From the NCBI GenBank assembly GCA_018985225.1, contig JADGIF010000226.1, positions 1 through 13,820 of the forward strand: DNA of 13,820 nt, given 5' to 3'. Shown piece by piece: positions 1 to 9,500 of this stretch. The notes under the pieces were generated by a model that searched no databases, was not told where the DNA came from, and saw nothing but the letters and a program-made list of their open reading frames with translations. The position numbers were made by a program, and so were the translations under genes. Origin of the DNA: Amoeboradix gromovi X-113. Taxonomy: Eukaryota; Fungi; Sanchytriomycota. Position 1 is the first letter of the stretch. Each line of letters starts with the position of its first letter.

Positions 1-1478
1 CAACTGGGTAAATCTCGTCACCCGCTTTTTACCCCTAGTCTAGTTTTTACAGAGTGTGTCCCATACCGTGACATTGGAGAAATGTTTCTTCTTGAATAGG
101 AAAGATGCATAATAACAAAGTGGATTGATGCAGGCTCGTTTTCATCACCAGATGCTGTTGAAAATGGAACTCAGCAGGTAGTTTTTAGTTCCAACTTGAC
201 ATTATTGAACTACAAAGTTGAAATCAAATTAAAGCAATCAAGAAAACTTCCTGGTCTTGTTACACTAATGATGGTTCGTAAAATAATAACATTTATTAAT
301 ACAAATAGTATTTGCAGTTGTCATGAACACTTTTTTAATAACATTCTATTGCCAAAGATCGAGAAAATTTTAGAGAATGAAACGAATCTTATAAATAGGA
401 ATGCTTCAAGAGGCGATCCTCTTTTTAACAGCTTCACCCTCTTAAGAGATGCTACAAAAGATGACTATAAAAAGGGACCTTTGAAGAAAAATTTGAGTGA
501 ATATGGTAAAGATTTAGACACGACCATTAATTATTTTTTCAGCCAGAAATTGTTATTTTGATGTCTTTGTTCAATGGATTTCTCTGACATGGCATATACT
601 TTTAACAAAGTTTTTAAGACAAATTTGAAAGACATTAACGATATGCAAGTGCAACTGATTATTACAACATGGACTGACATATGTGATGAATGCTCGATAA
701 TTTTCATTCATATACCTATCAAGATTGACGTAAAAAGCTTGAGACCATATGGTAGGAGTCACTTCTTTCGTGGACCAAAGACCGATTTGATACTTTTTAG
801 AAAACTCAATCTCAATGCAAATACAATGTGAGACAACAAGCTAATCAGAAAAGGTAAAGAAAAATGAATTTGAGAAAGAGAAGAGAGAAATTGGAGACTT
901 TTAGAAGACAATTGGAGCAAGTGCAACTCTTTTTAAATAAATTAAATGATTCTAAAAAGTTTGAACGTCAAAAAATGTTAAAAGAGAACGAATACAAGAC
1001 AGTGGAAGAGTTTTTAAAGACAACTGAGATTTAAATTGGTAAATTAAATGTTAGTGTACAAAAAACAGAGAATTTGATGAATGCCATGGATATCGATCAA
1101 GTAGAGACTGAAGCTTCCAAAGATGAATTAAGTGAAGAATATTTAGAAGAATTACGAGCAAAAAGACACGTATTACTAGATCAATTGGAAACGAAGAAAT
1201 TGGATACAATGATAGATTTAAAAATTTAGAAGCTCGATAATTTTTTAAGAATTGCTATTAAATTAATTAAAGCAATTGACCAAGACAAACAATTTAAAAA
1301 GACGAATTGAAGAACATTTTACTAGTGGAGGTTGTGAATTGACAATTTTATACAAGCCAGTAGAAACAATTGAAAAGATTGAAAATGTGGATGAATTATA
1401 TGAAGATTTCATGGTTAAAAAGTTGTTGCCAAACTTTTAAGTAAAATGCAAGACTTGGGTTTAATTAACAAAAAGTAA
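1..1478 (+). pseudogene. Decayed protein-coding sequence of unknown family, 5' end outside the window; downstream part is charged and coiled-coil-like
   Basis: Frame +1 reads from 1 to ~876 with only isolated stops (TAG 97-99, TGA 559-561, TGA 829-831), joining track ORFs 196..561 and 574..831. Downstream, E/K-rich protein-like segments (e.g. MNAMDIDQVETEASKDELSEEYLEELRAKRHVLLDQLETKKLD and LYKPVETIEKIENVDELYEDFMVKKLLPNF) continue through frameshifts and stops to ~1478. Confidence 0.55.
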
Positions 1479-1504
1479 TAAATAAATTACTAATAATTGA
1501 AATT

Positions 1505-2011
1505 TACTGTTTTATATTTTGACTTGTCATCTTAATGATATAAATATCAAGCTTCATAATGTAAACAGATTTAGTCGGATGATTGGTTAAAAATATCTGT
1601 CTATTAATTGTAGTGTTTTCTGGCATTTGACTTTAACATGGATTATCTCAAGATCATATTATTGTAAAATGTCTAGTTATCGTAGTGGGTGTCCCATACA
1701 TGTATTTGATGTATATGTTCCTTGCTGCCATATGGTCTCTATCTATTTCCAAATGACAATTGGTACAGGTTCAGGTTTCTAAATTGGTTTTCTTTAGAGT
1801 ACCACATCTTGTACATGTCTGACTAGTAAATGATTCATTACACTCAACCATCGTTTTTCCTCTTTGTTAACACTTGAACTTCAAGCGTTCCTTGAATGCG
1901 TAATGGGACATTGTGGCCATGTTTCTTGCGACCTTGCTCGACAAGCTACTTAGCATCTGGCTCGTATTAAAGGATGGCAAGTATATAAGATCATATGCCT
2001 TTGTATACTGT
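1505..2011 (-). mobile_element. Putative extent of the inserted Fanzor-derived fragment, bounded by a TACTGT direct repeat
   Basis: TACTGT occurs at 1505-1510 and 2006-2011. The second copy sits where recognisable Fanzor coding similarity stops. On the minus strand an A-rich run (AAAATATAAA, 1511-1520) directly precedes the first copy. Confidence 0.35.
1654..2004 (-). pseudogene. Fanzor2 / IS607-type TnpB-like RNA-guided nuclease, C-terminal fragment (RuvC-II, zinc finger, RuvC-III), 5'-truncated, two in-frame stops
   Basis: Manual translation: TKAYDLIYLPSFNTSQMLSSLSSKVARNMATMSHYAFKERLKFKC*QRGKTMVECNESFTSQTCTRCGTLKKTNLET*TCTNCHLEIDRDHMAARNIYIKYMYGTPTTITRHFTII*. It carries the Fanzor2/IS607-TnpB motifs LPxFxTxxM, SHYxFxxRL, ExxTSxTCxxCG, a second CxxC and DRDxxAARNI. 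Stops are TAA at 1867-1869 and TGA at 1771-1773. Confidence 0.9.
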
Positions 2012-2038
2012 AACTGTTAATTATTTATTTAGAATTGA

Positions 2039-2179
2039 TTTACCATTTGCGAAAAGGAAGAATATCGAGTGTTTAAGCTATTAGAAAAATCTGGAAAAGT
2101 CTTGAAATTATACAAAAATGCATACAAATTCGCGATAAATGATTTATTCAAGAAAATAGTCAAGCTGCACGATAGCTGA
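2039..2179 (+). pseudogene. Short protein-like fragment with no start codon, possibly the 3' end of a plus-strand gene
   Basis: Frame +2 reads FTICEKEEYRVFKLLEKSGKVLKLYKNAYKFAINDLFKKIVKLHDS*. Its stop lies 14 bp from the convergent CCDC146-like stop. There is an in-frame TGA just upstream (2036-2038) and no ATG. Confidence 0.3.
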
Positions 2180-2193
2180 ATTAAATTTATTGG

Positions 2194-4812
2194 TCAGATA
2201 ACTACGGGTTTTAATCCAACACGAATGCTTTTAACTTTGGCGTTTGGAACACTTACAAACGGTCGAAACAAAAACGGTCTTGGCAATTGCTCGTCATCAT
2301 TAGGAATATAGGCGTTTACTCTTTTGTTCTTATTAGCATCTGGAACATCTACATCTTGCTCAACTTTGGTTGCTGGTTCGTAATATTCAATCTTATGTCG
2401 CAATTCAACAATCTCGTTTTCAAGAATGTTATTTTGAACTGTCAGCATCTTTAACTCGGCTTTATTTGATTTTTCAATACTTTTCTTTTCAAAATCTGTT
2501 CTGTATAGCTTCATTTTTGGTTGAATAGCATCTAAATACTCTAGTTTCCTTAAAAAATAATCAGTTTCCAAATTTATCAAATAGCTCTTTGAACGCTCTA
2601 AAATTATTGTTTTCTCACAGATATTTTCCCAAATTTTAGTGCATGCTTTTACCAGAATATCATAGTTTGATTTTGCGTCATTTTCACTTACATCCTTTCC
2701 TACAACATTAATCAAAATTTTGCTGGAACTAACTTTAAAACTACAAATCTTATCTTGGATGTCCAAGTATCCTCTCTTAATAGACTCTAGCTCATCTGTT
2801 GATTTATAGTACTTGCATTCCATATCCTTGTATACTCTTAATCGATTTCGAATTGAGTGTAATCTCTTTGAGTGTGTTTTAATTTCGGATTGCAACTTGC
2901 TTTTATGAAATAGCTGTTCGCCAATATAACAGTTGAGTGATTCAAGACGTCTCTGGTTTGTATTCACACTGAGCTGTAACTGAATCGACTTGAACTCCAT
3001 TTCACTTTTTTTTTTGTTTTCCTCGCCAAGCAAATTCAGCTCAGATTCAAATTGCCTAGACAGTCTGTACTTTTGAGCTCTACTTACCAAAACTTGATCT
3101 CTTTGAGCTTGTAAGACCTCTTTTTGCTTGTTTACTAAACTAGTTGCATTTTCAAATTCGCGCAGTTTCTGAAGTTTAAGATTCTCAGAGTTGTTTAATC
3201 CGTCTCGAGTTTTTGTAAACAGCTCGTTTACAAGGTTATTATCCACTTTCAATTTGCTGTATGCCATTTCCTTATTGCTTATGTCAGCAGTTTTCTTTTT
3301 TATAACGTAAATACGCTTCGTTATTGCAATGGATAAAAGTTTAACACCGCTCTCAGCAAGTCTCTCATTTGTTCTTAAACCAAGCAGCTGCTTATTTATA
3401 AATTCGTTTCTAACATTTGTTAGTGTCAGGTGCGAGTCTAATTCATTTAATTTGTTGCGACTAGTAAAAATCTTATTCGAAACAATTTCACAAGTTTTTT
3501 TAATTTTCTGATGTTTGTTAAGCATGGCCTCTATATTCAGCGTGAGATCAGTAAATTCACGATTTAAGAACCCAGATTCCTTTGAGTATTTCTCGTATTC
3601 ATCTTTTAAGTGCCACTTAATTTGCTCAACATTTTTGATATTTATAGTCAGGTCTACACAGTTCTTGACAAAAACGTCGTTTTGGTGATTTATGCTACTC
3701 GTTTTTAATCCGACTTCCGTGTTGTCTAGCTTGAATGCTCTTAGTTCGCAATCAAGTCTCTCTACTTCCTCTGATTCTTTTTGAAGTGATTCCTTGGTCT
3801 GTATTAATTTGAGATAGACACTTCTTTGCAATTTTTTAAGCCCATTCTCTTTTTTCTCTTCCGTGAACAAGTCCTTATAAATTGACTTTGTTTTTGAAAT
3901 GACACTTTCTTGCTTATTTCGAGTTAAAACAATTTTATCTTCAAAATCTATAATTTCTTTTTCCATTTTAATCATTTCTAGGTCTAAATCGGCTTGTATT
4001 TGGGTGCACTCATTTAAGTCTGTTAGCATCTGTTGTAAAGTCAAGGATTGTTTACGAAGATCATTGTCCACTTTGACTTTGTTAGCTTGCTCTACTCCGA
4101 GTAAAAGGTTCAAATCAAAAGTAATTTGATCTTGTTTATTTATATCACTAGTTATACTTCTGTGGCCTATTATGTTGGATTGCAATTCGTTCTCAATTTG
4201 CGTTGTATGCGTTTCAACGTTGGAAATCTCGAATACAAGTTTATCTGATTTGAGCGCAATCTCGTCAAAACTTTTATTGATTTGCTCTATTTCCTTTGAT
4301 TTCATTGTAACTTCCATGTCTCTACTCGTAATTTCTTGCTCCTTTTCGCGTAATTCAGATTGAAACTCTTTAAGTTGTGATTTCAACAAAGGTTCCAACA
4401 ACTCACGCTGCTGCCTTTTTAATTCTATCAAGCTTTCTTGTTCTTGTAAGCAAAGCTCCACTAGTTTAACATTCTCAAGCTCAGAGTCGCATTGGTTGGA
4501 GATATGGTATTCCAGCTTTTGCTGCAACTCATTTAAATCTTTTATCAGTTCTGCAAACTTAGGCGATGACAATAGTTTAATCTCCAATAAATCTAGATCG
4601 TTTTGGGATTTTAAGTTTGCAGCCTGCAAATTCTTGAATTCAATCGTGTTCTGTTGAATTGTGCTCAAATTTGTTGTTATAAAATTGATCTTTTCTAAGT
4701 ATTCATTCTCTATCTGTATTGCAGTATGTTCACTTATGGTGTTATCACTCTTCAATTTTTCTAGTAGAGCACTTGCTGCTTGAATATAATATGACGCATC
4801 AAATTCAAGCAT
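2194..4812 (-). CDS. CCDC146: Coiled-coil domain-containing protein 146 (CCDC146 / Chlamydomonas MBO2)-like ciliary or centriolar protein, divergent
   Basis: 872-aa ORF from ATG (4810-4812) to TGA, coiled-coil-like composition throughout. The C-terminus KRVNAYIPNDDEQLPRPFLFRPFVSVPNAKVKSIRVGLKPVVI matches the recalled CCDC146 tail pattern RPNAYIP...LPxPxPYG...PFxP...GA.MRHIRKP..KPVEI. The length fits the family. Confidence 0.75.
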   Translation of the reverse strand: MLEFDASYYIQAASALLEKLKSDNTISEHTAIQIENEYLEKINFITTNLSTIQQNTIEFKNLQAANLKSQNDLDLLEIKLLSSPKFAELIKDLNELQQKLEYHISNQCDSELENVKLVELCLQEQESLIELKRQQRELLEPLLKSQLKEFQSELREKEQEITSRDMEVTMKSKEIEQINKSFDEIALKSDKLVFEISNVETHTTQIENELQSNIIGHRSITSDINKQDQITFDLNLLLGVEQANKVKVDNDLRKQSLTLQQMLTDLNECTQIQADLDLEMIKMEKEIIDFEDKIVLTRNKQESVISKTKSIYKDLFTEEKKENGLKKLQRSVYLKLIQTKESLQKESEEVERLDCELRAFKLDNTEVGLKTSSINHQNDVFVKNCVDLTINIKNVEQIKWHLKDEYEKYSKESGFLNREFTDLTLNIEAMLNKHQKIKKTCEIVSNKIFTSRNKLNELDSHLTLTNVRNEFINKQLLGLRTNERLAESGVKLLSIAITKRIYVIKKKTADISNKEMAYSKLKVDNNLVNELFTKTRDGLNNSENLKLQKLREFENATSLVNKQKEVLQAQRDQVLVSRAQKYRLSRQFESELNLLGEENKKKSEMEFKSIQLQLSVNTNQRRLESLNCYIGEQLFHKSKLQSEIKTHSKRLHSIRNRLRVYKDMECKYYKSTDELESIKRGYLDIQDKICSFKVSSSKILINVVGKDVSENDAKSNYDILVKACTKIWENICEKTIILERSKSYLINLETDYFLRKLEYLDAIQPKMKLYRTDFEKKSIEKSNKAELKMLTVQNNILENEIVELRHKIEYYEPATKVEQDVDVPDANKNKRVNAYIPNDDEQLPRPFLFRPFVSVPNAKVKSIRVGLKPVVI

Positions 4813-4863
4813 GGCCCTCCAAAATAATTTTTTGATGAAATATATAATGAATTTATTATAAGC

Positions 4864-6432
4864 CTACTTTTTGCTTATCACTGTAGTGTCTATCCACAGC
4901 TGTGGTTTTTGTTTTACTTTTTTTCCATGTCTATTTTCCGACCTCACTAATATCTTTTCTGGATTTGAAAGTGCATGTTGTTCTTCAAATTCATCCTGAA
5001 GCCAATCTAATCTTCTCGTTGATGCCCTCCTATCTATGGGTGAATCTGGCGGTGTCTCATATCTTGGTATTACCTCATCCAATTCCTGCGGAATACTTTG
5101 CTTTAGCATCATCAACAACAGCGCCAGTATACACAGTATAAAAGCACCTATGGTTACAAACCCTGCTATTGTTGCTACCTTTATTGTTTTTGGGATACAG
5201 TCGTTTACCAATAGTAGTGCAAATAGTATTATTTTTGCTATGCTAAACATTCTTGGTATATGCCCATCGTATTTGTAGTCAAGATTTAACAGCTGGCGAG
5301 CTTGTTGAATTGTTAATGAGGAGCCATTTGTTTCATCATAGTGCCGTGAGCAAATGAAGAGAACGAAAAGATAAATCATCTCGATAAACATCAAGAGGGA
5401 GTTCCTCACAGTATCACCTATGCCTAGGAGCAGACCTTGAAGCAACTGTATAACCACCAAGAGTATAAATTGTTTGTTCGCATAATAATGGATGCTATGG
5501 AATAGCAATGAGAAATAGCTTTTATTTATTTGCCAAGACTCTATTTGGAAGGTATTGTACTTATTACACAAGTAGCACAAAAAAGATAAAGGCATAAATA
5601 AGTAAAAAAACAAAAAGACCAGAATCCCATCATTATTAGGAACAAAGACTAATAAGATAGTTACGCCACTCATTGGAAGCATAGAAATAAGATAAAATGG
5701 TCCGATTAACAAAAATATTTGATTCATGGCAATCTTAATGTAATTACGCCAGTTGATGCCCTGCTGCTGCTGCTTTATTGGAAACAGCTTGAATAATGCG
5801 AAGAATATAAGAGTCAGTATTGTAATTATGGCATATCCAAGCAAAATAGAATAAAGTATATTCAATAAATAATTGTTTAATGTAAAGTTTAAGATACTAT
5901 CCAGCGCGGTAAAATATAAAGATAACGGTGGAAGGAATGGAATTAAATAGTAAAACAATATGTTAAAATTGGACTGCAGTAATAGATTGTTGCTGAACAA
6001 AATGAATAGACTGAGCTGGAAGTACAAAACAAAATGAATTAAATAAGTTTTGAATATTTGAACTTTTTTAAATAAACTAAATCCTAATGGTAGTATAATA
6101 CAGAGAATAAACATGGCTAGCAGAACATAGTAAAAATCAGAAGTACTGATCTGCAGTTGGCACAGCGGTTCCTCATCTACACTTAGTGTGATATTTGTTA
6201 ATTGGCGGATTGAAATTGTTTTGTTAATGCACCCGACACACTTTTCCGCCAAGTTGTAAGACTCCATAAAATCATTAACATTAGCAGAAAGTAGACCAAA
6301 TTGGGGTGGAAAAATAAAAGTAACTTCACTTCCATTAATCTGGAATTGGCACATGAAGTTAGGAGATGTTTTGGGGGTAGTTTGAATCACGTTCATTTGT
6401 GATGTCATGCATAATAACGGAGCATTGTCCAA
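4864..6432 (-). CDS. Multi-pass membrane protein, divergent TRP-like (fungal FLC/Pkd2, PF06011-type) candidate; true start uncertain
   Basis: The long ORF has a Cys-containing N-terminal soluble region, roughly 8-10 hydrophobic segments and a charged C-terminal tail. Segments LYFQ, YFSLLF...QGLLLGIG...LMFIEMIYLFVLF..RHY resemble FLC/TRP-like motifs (YFQ; YGFLY...KG..IG...E..YL..L...RPY). The track start is TTG; the first in-frame ATG is at 6408. Confidence 0.6.
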   Translation of the reverse strand: MDNAPLLCMTSQMNVIQTTPKTSPNFMCQFQINGSEVTFIFPPQFGLLSANVNDFMESYNLAEKCVGCINKTISIRQLTNITLSVDEEPLCQLQISTSDFYYVLLAMFILCIILPLGFSLFKKVQIFKTYLIHFVLYFQLSLFILFSNNLLLQSNFNILFYYLIPFLPPLSLYFTALDSILNFTLNNYLLNILYSILLGYAIITILTLIFFALFKLFPIKQQQQGINWRNYIKIAMNQIFLLIGPFYLISMLPMSGVTILLVFVPNNDGILVFLFFYLFMPLSFLCYLCNKYNTFQIESWQINKSYFSLLFHSIHYYANKQFILLVVIQLLQGLLLGIGDTVRNSLLMFIEMIYLFVLFICSRHYDETNGSSLTIQQARQLLNLDYKYDGHIPRMFSIAKIILFALLLVNDCIPKTIKVATIAGFVTIGAFILCILALLLMMLKQSIPQELDEVIPRYETPPDSPIDRRASTRRLDWLQDEFEEQHALSNPEKILVRSENRHGKKVKQKPQLWIDTTVISKK

Positions 6433-6559
6433 TAGTTAACAGCATCATTACCCTTTTGGATTCAAAATTTTGTCAGCATAGATGACTAGCATAGTTGTTG
6501 CAATCAGCAACCCAAGAATGTGGTTTATTGATTATTAAATTATTTACTTGATTAGCGTA

Positions 6560-9500
6560 TTAAAATGCTGCGTTTTTATTAAAATCAGCTTTTTTGATAC
6601 TTTTACGGGCCGCAATGACGGTGGACCTTACTGAATTCCTCGCACCCTCATCATCATCAGAACTTTTTCTCTTTTCTAAGATATCTCGAGTTCCCCGTCT
6701 TATATCCTTGGCTACAAAAAGCACACTTGAAACAATACAAGCAGTAGTTATTCCAATAACAATAACCGTCAACCCCTCTATTCTAGTAGACGGCCTAGGA
6801 GTTGTTAAAAATAATATGCCGCAGCCAATAGTCAGCACACTGCATATTTGACAGAAAATATCTGCCAAAGTGTGATCCTTTTCGTTGTAGGGTTTAAAAT
6901 ATATAAGAAATCCTATGTATGTAAATAATGCCAACTGTATTATAACAGCTTGAGTAGCTATTTGGTCTTCAGCCTGCCCTGATTGTGTTGAAATAAAGTT
7001 TTGCACCATCAAAATAACAAACTTCATCATTATCTGAGCCACAATTATAAATTGAGTATCTCTTTTGAAAATGCTAACATCAGTTCTCAATATTAAATGT
7101 AATTTCTCCTTTATCTTATTGGCTAGGGCGCTCTGAACTTTGGTCTGGTACATTAGCACATACAAAGTCGAGAAATATAGCGGGATGCCCACAACGTAAA
7201 AAATCACAGCCATTAAAAAATAAGGCAAATTATACAAATGAAGCCCAGTGTTGCACTCAAATGTAGGAGATTTAGTCATTACAGTTTGATCACCGAACTG
7301 ATAGCAATTGAAATATCCTAATGCCCATGATGTCAAACTAACATACATCAACTGCAAAAGAATATGAAAGCCCCTTAATCCGTTGGACAAGTTACTTTCA
7401 ATTTTACTTATTTCAAACCGTGGCAATACGATCGGCTTTTTGTGTAGCAAGCCTCTTAGGTACAGATATGGATAGTTAAATGGAGGTGCCAGAATTATAG
7501 ACACCATTATTAATGCTATTAGTATTGTAGGTGGTAATAAAAACATGAATTCACCCTTTGAAAAATAATTAATCGCTGGATTGACACATTCTGGAGCTGC
7601 TAATTCGATATTAAAACTGAATATGCTAAATATTTCAAACATATCCATCACTTTATCGCTCCAATTCATGAATAAACTCTTGAAAATATACAATATTTGA
7701 AAGTAATTGATTGCTATACTTATTGCGGCAAAATATCTGCCATACTTTAACATTATATATAAAACAAATACAAAGATCATAATAACGGCAACCGCAATCA
7801 ATGCAATAGCAGCTGCTGACATTTTTGGACATAGGCCACAAATGTTACCACCAGTTCTGTAATGCTGTAAGGAACATGAACCACACCTATTTCCTTCGTA
7901 TCCGTCGTTACATATTTGACTGCCAGTACATGCATCTGATGGTATGCAAGCAGCATATTGATACTGGCCGTTACTAACCAGCTCGTAGTATCCTTTTTGT
8001 CCTATGGGTACTTGTAAACCAGTGGATGAGCATAAAGCACCTACAGGACAGTTGGCACAGAGTGGTATTTTATTTCTTTTGTTTAGACTTCCAAACACGT
8101 TCGGATATGTCCCGTTTTGACAGTCCAATGTTGTTGCTATGGTAAATAGAGCAATAGAATCCCATTTAAGTACATCCTTGAATGAAACGTTCAGCATTAA
8201 TGGAAAGTCTCCAGTTTTGAACAAATAGTTGTTGTCTTGATCATCAAATATCCATCTTACGAGTCCCTGCTCAAAATCAATCGTTTCAACGTTGTTTATT
8301 ATCGCAAACTCTCCAATTGTAGTGTTGAATCCGTCTTCTAATCCTTCATAAGTTGCCGTCCCTAAAACTTTGTTTAATATTTTAAACGTTGCATTTATTT
8401 TGTAGCTACTATTTGGAGTATTGCTCGGAGAGTTATTGGTGGTAAGTTGACCGTTCGAGGTACTACTCGTGTATGTATTTACTAAATATTCGTAGTCTAC
8501 CAAGCTGTACTTAACATAGTCAGATAATTTAAATGAAAATTCATAGTTCCCGTTGCTATTGCTTATGCTAGAAGATATGCTTTGGCCCCCTATAATTGGT
8601 GTTCTCCTTATGTTCAGTACTATCAGTCCTGGTATTACTATATTTGAGCTTGTCCATTTGTATGCTATTGTGAGTTTGTTAGCCAGTTTATTACGGGGAA
8701 GTTGTACTATGACATCCTCGTTTACAAGTCCGTTAGTCTTTACAAAAGCACCATGCAAGCTATTGTCATTGTTAATTGACCATTCCCCGTCACTGATTCC
8801 GTTGCTGTTCAGCTTGAATGTTACCACCTGAGTGCCATTCTGCAAGTTGTTGTTCATCCAAGTACTAAACTCTGTAAAAGGCACGACAACAGGAACATCA
8901 TAATCAAATGGTCCTATAGATATAGCCGCTGATATTTGGTTTGCGTTGATGTTGAATCCTGGTGCCACTGAAGCTACAATCAAAGTATTGGTCCAGATTA
9001 CCGGTATTAAAGCAACACTATTAATTCTTATCATATACCTTGTACAGTTGGATGCAGAGAGTACACCCATGTTGGAACCTACTACTTTTATGTTTAAATT
9101 TGGAGTATAGAGTGAATCAACATCAAGGTATGCCTTTTGAATAACTGGTGGATTTCCTGCAGTAAAAGTGTAGTTATACTGCTGTTTGCAATTGTAACTG
9201 GTTATATTGTTATATAGAGTGTAGTTTGCGGTATTGTTCAGGAATTCAGCGGGTATAGCAAAAGTGTCATAAGCGCCGGAAGTTGTAAAACAGTTGTTAA
9301 TTGTAGCATGGCTCTCTATATTAGCGTATGAAGAGAACAGTTTACTATACTGCCCATCGATTCGTAATACGTTTGGATTAACAAACGAAATATCGTCTGC
9401 ATTTACGACTACATTCGACAGCGTAGTATTCAAGTAATTATCTGTGCCAGCACTAAAAGAATAATTTAGCGAGAATAAACAAAGGTCGGACACACCGGTT

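Noticed and set aside
571-762. 63-aa minus-strand ORF
   Set aside because: It is antisense to the longer frame +1 pseudogene reading and has no motif.
5761-5774. (CTG)n microsatellite encoding a short poly-Q
   Set aside because: Only about five codons in a loop, an ordinary low-complexity tract.
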